Of a DNA stretch of 64,000 nt, positions 37,026-50,396 are shown one piece after another. The position numbers and the translations under genes were made by a program. The DNA is from Proteromonas lacertae (Eukaryota). Under the pieces are notes generated by a model. That model saw only the letters and a list, made by a program, of their open reading frames with translations, did no database searches and was not told the DNA's origin. The stretch spans positions 1-64,000 of the forward strand of contig NGBS01000306.1 of NCBI GenBank assembly GCA_002245135.1. The letters run 5' to 3'. The number at the start of each line of letters is the position of its first letter. The stretch's first letter is position 1.

Positions 37026-40000
37026 ATGAGTGTAATGACTCTGATAGATTCCTCTAAATTAGGGGATATCAGGAAAGAATTTCGAAAATATAAGAATACA
37101 CTAGAAAAGTTTAGATTTGTGCAAGTATTAATGAATTACCTACCGAAAGCATTAAAAAGAGATAAGAATTTTGATAGAACTGAAACTGTGAAACAAATTT
37201 TAGATTTATTTCATCAAGTATATTTGATAATTATATATTTTATTTATAGATTGATGTAACTGGAGAAGAAGTTATTCATTGGGATTCATTTTCTGCATAT
37301 TGTATAGAAGCCGGTATGGCAGCAGTGCTACGAATAAAACCACTACCAGATGAAATATATACAGTATTAGACTTTGATGATGTAGAAACTAAAGGTTCCT
37401 ATATTAGTTGTTGTACATATATACCAGAATTAGATAGAATAATAGTAGGAGAATATGGTAGTTTAATACCAAAGACATATATTCAAGAAGGTGATAATAT
37501 TGTGCCATCTTACACATTACATGATAATTCTCTTTATGGATCTTGTATTCCGTATGAAAAAGCAACTGATAATTGTCCTTTATGTGTTATTTATATGGAG
37601 GGATATAGTATAAATATAATTTTAATTATTAAAAATGAATAGATATTGTTTGTGTCTCAGATTCAGCATTAACTCTCTCTTTTTGGTATATTCCACCAAG
37701 AAATGCAATAAAAGAACAAAGAAAAACACTCTCAGAACCAATAAAGGCTCGTCTAATAGCAAGCTATCCTGTAGATACATCTCATCTTCACATGTGTTTT
37801 GATTATCAATCAAAAAGACTATTTGCTGTTGGAGGAAGTAAAGTAATATCCTCCTATCGAGTAACAGGTGAAAACCCACAAATATCATTATATGTAGAGA
37901 AATTACCCAATTTAGTTGGTCATCAAGATGTAGTGGAAGATATAGTATTAGTTCCAGATCAACATACACTAATATCATGTGGTTTGGATCATCAAATTTT
38001 ATTTTGGTCATTATTAACTAATAAAGTGAGAGATAAAAGGGTTGGTCATACAAGAGGTATTAAATGTTTAGCCTATTGTAAAAACACTGGTAAGCACGGT
38101 TTATTATTATCAGGAGGTTATGATTGTTTATTATTTGGTTGGGATATATCAGGAGGTATAGCAGAACCAATATTTAAAATCAATCACTCACTGGGAGGTC
38201 ATTTTTACCCAATATTTAAGATTAGTTTATTATATGATAGAAAAGAAGCAGTAACAATTGATATTGAAGGTAATATGAAGTTATGGAATATTGATATGAA
38301 AGATACAATTGAAACAGCTGATAGACATTATCAATCATTTGGTTTAGGAGATGGTCCAAGAGGTACTCCAAATTTTATACCACGAGATATGGCTATAACT
38401 AATAATAATATGATAATTGGTGGAGGTATAAGATTATATTTATTTAAAATTGTTCCATTTGTTCATATTGTGTATGATCCTATTCAAGTTTTGTATAATC
38501 ATCGATCATTAACTACTGCTATTGTGTTTTCTGATAAGATTTTGATAGTATCTATGAATACTAGAGAAGTATTACATACTTATATACTTCCAGAAGAAAA
38601 TATTTCAATAACAAAAGTTACATTGGATCATAGAGATAGAAAGTTACTAGTAGGTACAAATGTAGGTAAAATATTTTGTATAAGTTATATAAATGGTGCA
38701 TTAATGAAAGTATATGAACCACAAAAGAATGAAATATCAGGTATTGTTTATTCAGGTCCAGATTTAGCTCTTATTTCAATATCATGGGATAGATCGTTAT
38801 ATATTCATAATGATGAAATTAATCCACCAAAATTGATGAGATGTTTAAAGAATGTGCAATGTACTGAGATTACAGCTGTTGCGCTTGATGAATATAGTGG
38901 AATTGTAGCTATAGGATCTGGATTTGGTGAAATTAAATTATATGATTTTCAATATTTTAATGAATTACAAATGACTTGTCAAGCTGATCAAAATGTATTA
39001 ATTGGATTAGTATTTTTGAAATTATATCCAGTTGTTATATCTATTGATATTAAAGGTAATTTATGGGCATGGAAAGCAATGAGGAAAGTAAAATGGACTA
39101 GATTTATGAGTAAATGGAAAATTGATTATCCAGAAATTCCCTTAACCGAAGCACCTTATCTTGCAAGTTTTAAATTGATTGAATTAGATTATGATCATAT
39201 TTATTTATACGTTGGTGATAGTTTAGGTGATATTTATAGATGGAATTTAGCTCATCTCGTTCATGCATTCAATACACCAAAAACTACATCATTTCCAGCT
39301 CCAAGAGATCAACCAACCTATAGTGCTAAAAGAATTACTGATGTTGATTTATTTAAAGAAAAGTATGTTATAGTTTATTTATTTAATATTATTATAGTTT
39401 AACAAATCCACCACCATTACCACCCAGTTTAAAGTCAACTCATGAAAATTTGATCTTTCCTGATTTCATCAATAAATGGCATGCTCATAATGGAACTGTC
39501 ACTTCCTTAGAATACTGTTATGATAATCCATGTATCGTATCATGTGGTACTGATAATAAAGCATTCATATGGAGTTTAGATGGTGAAAAGATTGATATAT
39601 TATATGAATATGATGTGAATTTCAAGAATGTTCCTTATAAATATCACATTGATACTGAAGAAAGAGAAGAAATGCAAAATAGTCAAGCAAATGCACTTTT
39701 AGATGGAGTATATTATTATTATTATTATTATTATTATATTGTAGATGAAACATAGTTGTTGTTTGTCAAGAACATATAGAGATTCAGTTGTTACTACAGA
39801 AACAGAAGATGAATTAGAAGATTTATCAGACTTAATGAAACAAGAAGAGAATTTGAGAATATTGATTGATACTGCTGAAAAAGCTAGAAAAAGGGAAGGA
39901 ATAAAAGGGTATATATAATTACATATTTATTGATTATTTATTTATATAAATATATAGAAAGAGAAGAATGAGTATTTTAGCACAAGGTGTTTTAGGTATT

Positions 40001-42078
40001 GAATCTCCAAATGGTGATTTAGCACAATCCAGAAGAAATTTATTAAAGAAAATGAATACAATAAAGAAAATTGCCAAGAAAAGAGGAAAGACACATAAAG
40101 GAATATTGAAATTAGATGGTAATTGGAATACAAACGAAGAAGTTCCACCAATAACAGTATTAGATCCAAATGATCCATTGAATTATGGTCCAAACAGTAT
40201 AAATGCAAAGAGAGAATTATATACAAATTATTATAAAGAAATGGATTCATTTGCAACAGCAAAAATCAGATATGAAAAGAGAAAAGAAGATCTAAAACAT
40301 TATGATGTTCCTGAATTTGTAGAAGATACTTTAGAAGAAAGAAGAAGAAAAAGTCCACCAAAGAAAGATATTTCATATATGTATTTATTTATTTATTTGT
40401 TATTATTATTATTAATAGTGCAATAAATCGTTCTTCTGTTTGTAAAACTCCACTTCGTTGTCCAACTCCACCAATGCATCATGAATCAAGTGGTGATGAT
40501 TTATATGAATATGAAATAACAAGTCCAATGAGATTATCAAGACAAGTTGCTGCCTTAAGACAGTCTGTTCCTGTATTACAGAATGATAATAAAAAGTCGT
40601 CATTAATTAGAGATAGACCAGCAACATCAATTGAAATTCCAGCGTTGAAGTATATCCCAAGAGTTGGATCTCCATTATGTAATGAAACAAAAAATTCAGA
40701 TTCAGGACAATTACCAATTCAAAATTCAAGTTTATCAACTATTGATGAATATCCATCTACCAATACATTAGATACTCCATCTTCAATTGCTACTCCATCA
40801 TCATTACTTACTCCATCTAAACCGCGAAGATCTGATTTTATTAGATTTGGGTTATTGAAAACAGATTCAAATGGTAGTATGTTAAATACAGCAACAACCA
40901 CAACTCCATCAACAAGAAATGATAGTACAATATTAGATTTAACAAAAGAACATGAGCATTTCATTACATTACCAAAACTTAACAAAAAGAGGAATAAAAG
41001 AAGAAAGAAGGGAAAGAAGAAGAAAGATGATGATTTAGCTGATATTACTCTTGATACTGTGAAAATACCAAAAGTAAAGAAACCATCAATTCAAACATTA
41101 TGGGAAGCAATTCAATCAATTAAAAACAAAAGAAAGAAGAAGGAATTTTACACTCATCATCATACAATGAATACATTTGAAGAAATTGATGAAGATATTG
41201 AAAAGACAAAAGAAAGAATCAAAACATTTGGCTATAAAATAGAAGGAAGAGGAAGAAATTCAGTTTATAGAAGAACTTCATTAAGTGCAAGGAAAAGTAC
41301 TGTTGTATGATTTTATCTATTATATTTATTTATTGTTAATAGTCTGATTATTGGAGAGGTAGTCTCATTTCTGATGGTTCAAGTTCACGTAGTTCAAGAG
41401 TAAGTTTTATGTGTTGTAATGAGAAATACGATTTAGAAACATTATGTTATATTTATCGTAAGAAAGCTTATGGAACTGTTGAGAGGAGAGAAGCAATGCA
41501 ATTGAAGAAAGCTATTAGAGATATGGATATGGATGGAAGTGGAGTGTATATTTATAATATTATATATTATTATTATTAGAATATCTGTTGAAGAATTTTT
41601 GAACAATTATAATGGTGGTGCATTAAGTTTGGCTGTGAAACAGAGATTCCAATCTATTTTCCATCAAAATGATGATATTTTATCTGTTGGAGAATTTGTT
41701 CAAGCGATGTATCCGAAGTTAAATAAAAAAGATACAGATGAATTAACTATTTATCTTACAACCAAACCTCCTGATTTAGTGAAGTATGAAGAATTAGATG
41801 AAGTTGATCCAGAAATTCAAGAACAATTGAAAGACTTATTTAAAGTATATTCAGATGGAAAAGATACTATTACTATACAAGATATATTTGATGGATTAAG
41901 TGGAGTTGCTGAATTATATTCGAAAGGATGTTATGGTGATAAATGGATTACTGAAGGCGAGATTATTAGTTATTTTGGACATGATTTCAATGAACAACAG
42001 GAATTGAATGTGAAAGATTTTATTTTATTTATGAGTGATGTATTTCCATTGAAACCTTCAATTGATGCTATTGGATAA
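37026..42078 (+). CDS. Large EF-hand plus WD40-repeat protein (WDR49/EFCAB8-like)
   Basis: About nine exons joined in frame; N-terminal LFHQ|IDVTGEEVIHWDSF EF-hand, multiple GH...WD/WS repeats, C-terminal DMDGSG EF-hand. Confidence 0.75.
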
Positions 42079-42243
42079 GTGAAAATGTGACTAATCGTTT
42101 AACAATTAATTTAATAATTATTTTTGTTTTATTAACATGTGTGTTTGTTGATATATTATAAAATATTTAGAAGAGATTTTGTTAATGAAATTTTATTTAT
42201 TTAATAAAAATATAGTGGTTTTAAATTTGGGTATTTTTTTCAA

Positions 42244-43451
42244 ATGAATATTTATTCTCTCATTTATTTCTATCTAGGCATATTCTCTGTGTCTGTAATT
42301 GTGTATTTTTTCTTATTCATCATTTTATAGTGTAGCATCTTGTACTCGTTTATTCACATCAAACTTAGGTGATGGATTTTGTGATTGTAAGTTATTAATA
42401 TAAATTATATTATAGATATTAAAGACAAAATATCGAGATTATCATTCTTAATCATGTTTTCTATAGTACCTTGTTATTTTTCACCTTATTTATGGATTGT
42501 AGTTGTTATATATTCTTTTTTCTATCTTGATGGAAGTGAAAGGCTAAAATTAAGGTATATTATTGTATTATAAAATATAATAGGCCAAGTAAATTTGTTA
42601 GAACTTGGAGAATATGGAAATGGCTATGTGAGAGATTTAATGCAGAAATAAAATGTGATTCTCAGCTAGATAAAGATGAATCATATATATTTATATGTCA
42701 TCCGCATGGTTTATTACCACTTGGTTTTGTTTCAACAGTATTATCTCCAAATTGTGGAATTGAAGAAATAACAAATAACAGAATTCATTTAATAGTTTCA
42801 AGTATTATTTTCTTAGTTCCATTATACAGGTATAATATATATTTTTATAATTATTTTATATTAAATAGAGATTTAGCATTAAGTGGTAATTGTTGTGAAG
42901 CTCGAAGAAGTACTGCAAATAAATTATTAGAAAAAAAGAAATCAATAGCAATAATGCTAGGTGGAGCAAAAGAAGCACTTTATATTGATAATAGTAAAGA
43001 TAATTTAATACATAAAAATACTATTATAATCAATAGAAAACATGTTGGATTTATTAGATTAGCTTTGCAAACAGGAACTTCAATTGTACCTGTTTTTACA
43101 TTTGGTGAAAATTATTTATTTGATGTAGTTCCAATATCAAAATATCCTTTATTTTATCAAAAGTTCAATTTATTTATGATTAAAGTATAATTATAATATT
43201 GGTTTCTATGTATTTATTTTATATAGTATTTTGGATTTTGTTTGCCAATATTCAAGAATATAATTCCAATGAAAAAGAAGGTTTTAACTGTATTTGGTGA
43301 GCCAATAAAAGTAGAAAAGAAAGAGAATTATAATGATGAAGATGTTTATACGATATTTGATATATATAAATCAAAGATAGAAGAATTGTTTAATAAATAC
43401 AAGACTGAGTATAATAGTGAAGTAGAAGAAGTATTAGAAATAATTGAATAA
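42244..43451 (+). CDS. DGAT2: Diacylglycerol/monoacylglycerol acyltransferase (DGAT2 family)
   Basis: YIFICHPHG, GGAKEAL, RKHVGFIRLALQTGTSIVPVFTFGEN, VFGEPI; multi-exon. Confidence 0.88.
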
Positions 43452-43478
43452 TTTAAACAAAACACATATTTTATATAT

Positions 43479-44177
43479 TTATAATGATATTAGATTTTTC
43501 ACTATTTCTTCCCAATCCTTACATCTAATAACATTTGAAGGTAAATCATCGTTTTTCTTATTCCAAGGATAATCTCCAAATAATAATATTTGTTCTAAAG
43601 TCGATGAACACTATTACAAAATTAAAATTTAAAAAAAAATATATATACATCTTTAGCATATTTCAAAGAATCATCAATTAAACAAAAGGCATTCACTTGT
43701 TTACACATATCTTTCTTAGACATTTTAGTACCTTCCATACCATAATGATTTCCAAATACAATATCTTTAAAACAATTAGGAAATGTGTCATTTATGAAGT
43801 TTACTGTTTTATCTTTCAATATATGCTGTCTAGAAGTAACTACAACTAAGTCATAGTGATCCTTCAGTTTTTTAATCCCTTCAACACAACCTGGAACTAA
43901 CTGAATTTTGGCAAATTCTTGTGATTCAAAAAACTTATAGACTTTTTCTTGGCACTATTTATACAATTAGCATGACAAATTATACATCATCATAATTGCC
44001 ACCCCATACATCATAGAATTCATAACTAAAGAAATCATCTTCTTTCAAATTAGTTCCATAATTCTTGTTGTGAAATTCTGCTAAAGGACGAACAAAATAC
44101 ATTAAAACCTAATACATAATAATGAACAAATAATCTACTTCGTCAATATCAACTGCAATAACTCTTTTATTGGACAT
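43479..44177 (-). CDS. HAD-family 5'(3')-nucleotidase (NT5C-like), paralogue A
   Basis: IAVDIDE|VL, LVVVTSRQ, FGNHY, LIDDS, LFGDYPWN; three introns. Confidence 0.85.
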
Positions 44178-44377
44178 TTGTTTATATATTGCAGAAAATA
44201 ACCGAAATATATTGATTAAAATTGTGAAATACTCCTAAATATGGAATAAAAGGATTAAATTCAAAATAGAAATTAATCTCAAAAAATAGATTCGTTTAAA
44301 TATTTGTATTTTCTTTTTTTTCTCCTCATTCATTCAAATAAATCAAATAATATCATGCAAATATATTATAAAATAAA

Positions 44378-45039
44378 TTAAGGAATCAAAACTTTCAATA
44401 CTTCATCCCAATTTTTACATCTAACAACATTTTTTGGTAATTTTTCATTTGTTCTATTCCATGCATAATCTCCAAATAAAATAACCTTTTCAAGAGAAGG
44501 TGCACATTCTGTAACATATTTCAAAGAGTCATCTATTAAACAAAATGCATTTTCTTTAACACATATATCTTTCTTCTCTTTCCTATCATCACTAGTGAAT
44601 AATATTTTCTTAAAACAGTTTGGAAACTCTTTATTTATCATATTTATTGTCCTAGTTTTCATTACACTTTCTCTAGATGTTACTACTACCAAATCATAAT
44701 AATCTTTTAGTTTTTTAATTCCTTCAAAACTGCCGGGAACCATAGGGCTCTAAAAATATACTTGCAATTATACAAATTTAAAATAATCAGTGTCAATATA
44801 TTCGTAAACATATTTCAAACACTAGAAATTAAGCAATAAAAGTATACTTCCTGATATGAACATTTCCATGTATCAGAAAATGCATATGAGTGGTAATCTT
44901 CTTCTGTCAACTTTGTCTGGTATTTCTCATTCATATATTTGCTTATTCCTCTCACAAAATATTGTAACACCTAATTCAATAACAGAATGTATTAAATTAC
45001 TTCATCACAATCTACAGCAATAGTTTTTCTTTGACTCAT
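44378..45039 (-). CDS. HAD-family 5'(3')-nucleotidase (NT5C-like), paralogue B
   Basis: IAVDCDE|VL, LVVVTSRE, LIDDS, LFGDYAWN; three introns. Confidence 0.85.
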
Positions 45040-45148
45040 TGAAAAGAAAAATAAAGAAATAAACTCTGACCAAAAATTACAAGTAAATTACAAACTAACC
45101 GTTTTTAGTTTTATTTTCGTTTTTCTCGTTATAGGAAGCAATAGAGAA

Positions 45149-45764
45149 ATGTCTGACAGTGAAGAAGAAGTTACACAACCACCACCAGAACCAAAGCCAG
45201 CACCAAATTCACCAATAGTATTTTTTATACTTCATTTTTGTTAGAAAAAAGGAATAGCAGTAAGTGAGGAAGAACTTCAAGCTACTTTTGATTTTCTTGA
45301 TCCTGACAAAACAGGTAAAATAACACTACATTCTCTTAAAGTATTTGTGTTTATTTGAGAATATGATAGACTAAAATGGCTCCTTTTTATAAAGATATGA
45401 ACATAAAAGAATATAAATTTTTATTGGATGGTCAAAATGAAATAACAAGAGAAGACTTAAGAAATTTATTAATAGACAATGATCTAGAAAACTTTGATCC
45501 AGTTTCTGAAGCATTCAAAGTATATGACCCAACAGGAACAGGATTTGTTGATATGAAGAATCTAAAGATGATTTTTGAGAAATTAGGAATGCCAGAGCTT
45601 ACAGAAGATGATATTAATATTATTGTATAATGAATAGTTGTAATATATTATAGATTGAAGTTTGTGATAGTGATAAAGATGGTAAAATAAATATAAATGA
45701 TTTTAGGAATTTATTATCATTCAAACCTAATATTCCAACAACTGTTGAACCACCACCTCAATAA
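45149..45764 (+). CDS. Calmodulin/centrin-like EF-hand protein
   Basis: FDFLDPDKTGKIT, AFKVYDPTGTGFVD, CDSDKDGKININDF; three introns. Confidence 0.85.
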
Positions 45765-45825
45765 TTAATTATTTAATTTATTTTAATAGCAAGGTTGTAT
45801 AAATAGAGGGAAAAAAATAAATGAT

Positions 45826-47179
45826 TTATAATTCACTTTCATAATCTACATTAAAATACTTCAATTCTTCCTTCAGTCTATTTACTTCTGATTGTGTACA
45901 TACAATTGGAGTAATAAAATCGATTAAATATACACACATTCCATTCTCTTTTACTGATTTTATTCCTTCTTGAGTATCACAAATCAACTTCACTTTTGTA
46001 ACTCTTTTTTTGCCATTTGGACATAAATCTTGGCTTAAATATATCATTTTGTTATTCTTCCATCCAATAAATGAACCAATAAATGTCTCTGGTGGTTTTT
46101 CAACAATTTCATTAGGATTTCTTTTACTATAACCATCTCTTGAACTATTTACAATAAAAATAAAAATAATGAAATAAATAAAATAAAATAAATACATATC
46201 CATTAAATAATCCCATCTAGCTGAATCTACATGTCTCTGTAATACATAATTAAATGGACAAAGGTCATATTGATATATTTTCATTTCAGCTGTAAATGAT
46301 CCACCTCTTATTTCCATTTCATCCATTCCTCTTGATTTATAGCAATGTGTGACTAAGGCATAATATCTGTAATTCTTCCCATAATTGTGTTTTAAGATTT
46401 GTTGAACTTGATATCCTTGCACTATATCATATTAATATGATATAAAAATAATAATAAAAATACTTTGTAATTGTTGATATTGTTTTTGTCTAATGTAATA
46501 TAAATAATTTAAAAAATATATATACAAAGTAGTAAATTCACTCATTTTTTCTGGATTTCTTTTAATTTGTGATTGTAATTTATACAATTGTGAATATAGC
46601 GTCTTGTTTTGTTGTTGCAGTTGTTGAAATTGTGTTTGTAGGTTTTTATATTGATTTGGTGCTTCTTTTATTCGATCTTTTGCTAATTCTATTCCTTTTT
46701 CTGTTAGTTTTAATTTATCTTTAAGAGACTGTACATATGAATTAAAATCACTTTTACAGTGATTTTGACATTTCAATGAAGGAGATTCATCACTAAAATA
46801 TAACTAAATATATTTATATACCTTCCATCACAACAATCACATATACCATCTTGATATTTAGAAGATCCAATTTTGATAAAGCTATTTTACTAAAAACCAT
46901 TGCAATACTCTGTATTATTGTGTGGATTTATGCAAAATATATAGCCATTTGAACAAGCAGAAGTCAAAAACTCATCTGTTCCATCTTCACAATCACAAAA
47001 ATTATCATTTACATATTTTATTGGAATTATCCTATTTTTGTCACAAGTCCAAGTGTCTCTTAATAATTTCTCTTTAATATCCTCTGGTAGGTTTATTGAT
47101 TTAGCACAAACTATAGTGAACTAGATAATAAAGCCAAAAAAAAACATACTAGTGTTATAAACAGCAATATATTATTCAT
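45826..47179 (-). CDS. PRKCSH: Glucosidase II beta subunit (PRKCSH-like)
   Basis: Signal peptide, VNDNFCDCEDGTDE..TSAC, DGICDCCDG|DE, coiled coil, MRH domain (YQYDLCPF, CPNGKKR..KVKLIC, E..MCVY...TP.VC), C-terminal ESEL. Confidence 0.88.
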
Positions 47180-47264
47180 TTTTTAAGAATATTCTTCTGA
47201 CCTGTAATTATTACTGAATTGACATAGTAATATTGTTTTAGAGAAGAATTATTCTAAACTGTGT

Positions 47265-48426
47265 ATGGCAGATCATGAATTACAAGAAAACTGGCCACCT
47301 TCTCTAGTAGGACCAAATGACAAGTATATTCGTTCTGGTTATCATATTACAGATATTATCGTTTAAGGGATGTACTGGAAGAGGTTTTCCATGTAATGAA
47401 CAATGTATGCAGTGTAATTCATATTTATATATTGTAGTCTTCACCTGATGAGAGTATCATTTACCACGAAGAAGATTTTGAAGAGTTAGAATTACTTGGA
47501 GAAGGTGTCTCATCTTATGTGCAAAAAGTGAGAAGAAAGTCTGATAATCAATTATTTGCAATGAAAGTAATTCACTTAGATTATGACTCAGAAGCCAAGA
47601 ATGCAGTGATATCAGGAATGAAAATTCTCAAACAAATCAACAGTCCATATGTTATAAAGTATAGTGATTGTTACATAGATGTATAATTCAATTCTTTATT
47701 ATTTGTATTATTAGTATGGTAATTTATCTGTATTACTTGAATATATGGATAGTGGCTCATTGAGAGACAAAATCAATGAAAAGTTAGAAACACAACCAAC
47801 AATACCAGTAATTCCATATAATGAGATAAGACATATAGCCAAATCAGTATTATCCGGTTTATTATATTTACACCAATTAAACATCATTCATCGTGATATA
47901 AAAGCAGATAATATTTTATTAAATCAAAATGTATTAACATTATTTTATTATAATTGATTAGAATGATGTAAAAATATCCGATTTTGGTTGTTCTACTACC
48001 TTCAATGTAAATGATGATTTATTAGATGATCAACATGGTACAATCATCTATATGAGTCCTGAATTAATAAAAGGAACTGGACATAACTATAAAACAGATA
48101 TCTTTAGTTTTGGTTTAATGATTTATGAATGTGTTACTGGTAAATTTATTTTTCACTATTTAAGTGATGAAGAAATAGGGTATTGGGGATTATATAATCG
48201 ATATGAGAGTGTAGATCCTTTTATTGATGTTGAATTTCCTTGTTCTGATGAATGTGCTGATTTTATTAAGAAATGGTATAGATTTTATTGTTTCATTGTT
48301 GCTTATATAGTCTCATTGTTAATTTTGAAGAAAGATGGGATGCTGCTCAATTATTGGTATATAAATATAGTTTTTATTGTTTATTATTGATAATAGGAAC
48401 ATCCATTTTTGAAGTCTTATGAATAA
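47265..48426 (+). CDS. MAP kinase kinase (STE7-family)-like Ser/Thr kinase
   Basis: LGEGVSSYVQKV, FAMKVI, LEYMDSGSL, HRDIKADNILL, DFG, GTIIYMSPE, DIFSFG; six short introns. Confidence 0.82.
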
Positions 48427-48609
48427 TTAGAAAATTTGTTAATTTATATTTCTGTACAAATTATAATTTGCGTATATATAAAGTGATACGTTTATCATCT
48501 TGTTAATATTTTTGTGTAATGGGGTTTAAACAAATCACTAACATCAATAAAAAATATGACAGTTTTGAATTTGAATTTTTTCATTTAATTTTTCATTTTA
48601 CAATTAAAC

Positions 48610-50263
48610 ATGTATAACCCAATGAAAGAAAAGGAAGAAGCAAGAAAAGGGTTGTTTAAGAAGGGTGTTTCAGCTGAAGATGCTAGAAAGAAGAGAACTG
48701 ACTTGTCCAACCTTATTCGAAAAGAAAAGAAAGAAACAAGAATGGCTAAAAAGAGACAAGTATAATAGCGGTTTTTCTATTGTATGAATAGCAAATAGAT
48801 CTATCAGAAGTTACACAAATCAATAGTATGACTGCAATGAAGGTATTCATTCATAAATCTATGTAAATAGATCAAAGAAATTGCAAGTGAAATAATGTCA
48901 AACACGGGAAACACATATGACCTTGTAAAGCAAATTCGTCAAGCATTATCAATAGAAAGAGCTCCACCAATTGCAGAAGTTATAGCATCAGGTGTTGTTC
49001 CTTATTTAATCAGATTTTTATCATTCAATAATCCTCAACTTCAACTAGAAGCAGCTTGGGCATTGACAAATATAGCTTCAGGATCATCTCCAGCAAACAC
49101 AATTTGTAGCAGAAAATGGTGCAATTCCAGCATTCGTTGAACTATTAAACTCAAATGACTTTGGTATTGTCGATCAAGCAGTTTGGGCTTTAGGTAATAT
49201 AGCAGGTGATTCTGCAAAGTGTAGAGATATGGTTATACAAAACAACGCATTGACACTAATTTTACAACAAATCCAAGGTAGATTTAACGATCCAGCTAAT
49301 ATCTCATTAATACGTAATGCCACATGGACAGTGAGTAATTTATGTAGAGGTAAACCGCAACCTGATTTTGGGAGAGTCTCAATGGCTTTACCAGTCTTAG
49401 CTAAATTAATTTACGCTAATGATCGTGATATAGTAGCAGATGCATGTTGGGCAATATCCTATTTATCTGACGGAGATAATAAACAGATAGACACAGTATT
49501 ATCATCAGGAGTATGTAATAAATTGGTTGAATTATTATCATCACCTTATGTCAATATAGTCACTCCAGCTTTAAGAGCTGTAGGTAATTTCGTTACAGGT
49601 GATGATAAACAAACTCAACAAGTATTAGACGCTTGTGCATTACCATCCTTATTACACTTATTATCGAATAATAAACCAACTATAGTAAAAGAAGCATGTT
49701 GGACAATTAGTAATATTGCAGCAGGAACTCAGTCACAAGTTCAACTATTATTCTCACAAAATATAATGCCTACAATAATCTCATTATTAAATAAATCATA
49801 TGTAATAAAGAAAGAAGCAGCTTGGGTAATTGCTAATGCTACATCACAAGATATTCCTGAAAATGTCAATACTTTAGTATCTTATGGAGTTATTCCAGCA
49901 TTATGTGAAGCATTACAAGTACCAGATGTTGAAGTAAAAGAAGTAGTTTTAAATGCATTAAATCATATATTAAGAGTAGGAGTAATCCTTCGTAGTTCAG
50001 CTAATAGCGACACTAATCCGTTTGTTAAATATGTAATTCAATGTGGAGGAGGTGATATATTAGAATCATTACAAGATCATCCTAATCATTCTATTGCTAA
50101 AAAAGTAGTGGATATACTTAAGAAATATTTCCCAGTGGAAGAAGATGTAGAAGATGAAATTACAGCACCAAGTTCAACTTCTACTGGATTTCAATTTGGA
50201 ATGGCTCCTCCAGCTCCAAGTATTAATAATGGAATTGCTACAAATATGTTTCAAGGATTTTAA
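48610..50263 (+). CDS. KPNA: Importin subunit alpha, one apparent +1 indel at about 49090
   Basis: IBB (ARRKRTD..IRKEKKE..MAKKR), ARM repeats EAAWALTNIASG, QAVWALGNIAGD, NATWTVSNLCRGKP, DACWAISYLSDG, KEACWTISNI. Confidence 0.97.
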
Positions 50264-50396
50264 ATTACATTTTTACATTTTTTAATTATTTTTTTGCTTC
50301 TATAATAAAATTCCCAAATAAAATACAATTATTAAACACATAAAAGATTAAATAAACTTCTAAAAACACATTCAACGCATTATATTATATATAAAT

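Noticed and set aside
10578..50263. Non-standard genetic code (stop-codon reassignment) to explain fragmented ORFs
   Set aside because: Breaks are explained by GT-AG mini-introns or single indels; TAA, TAG and TGA all terminate conserved genes at the expected positions.
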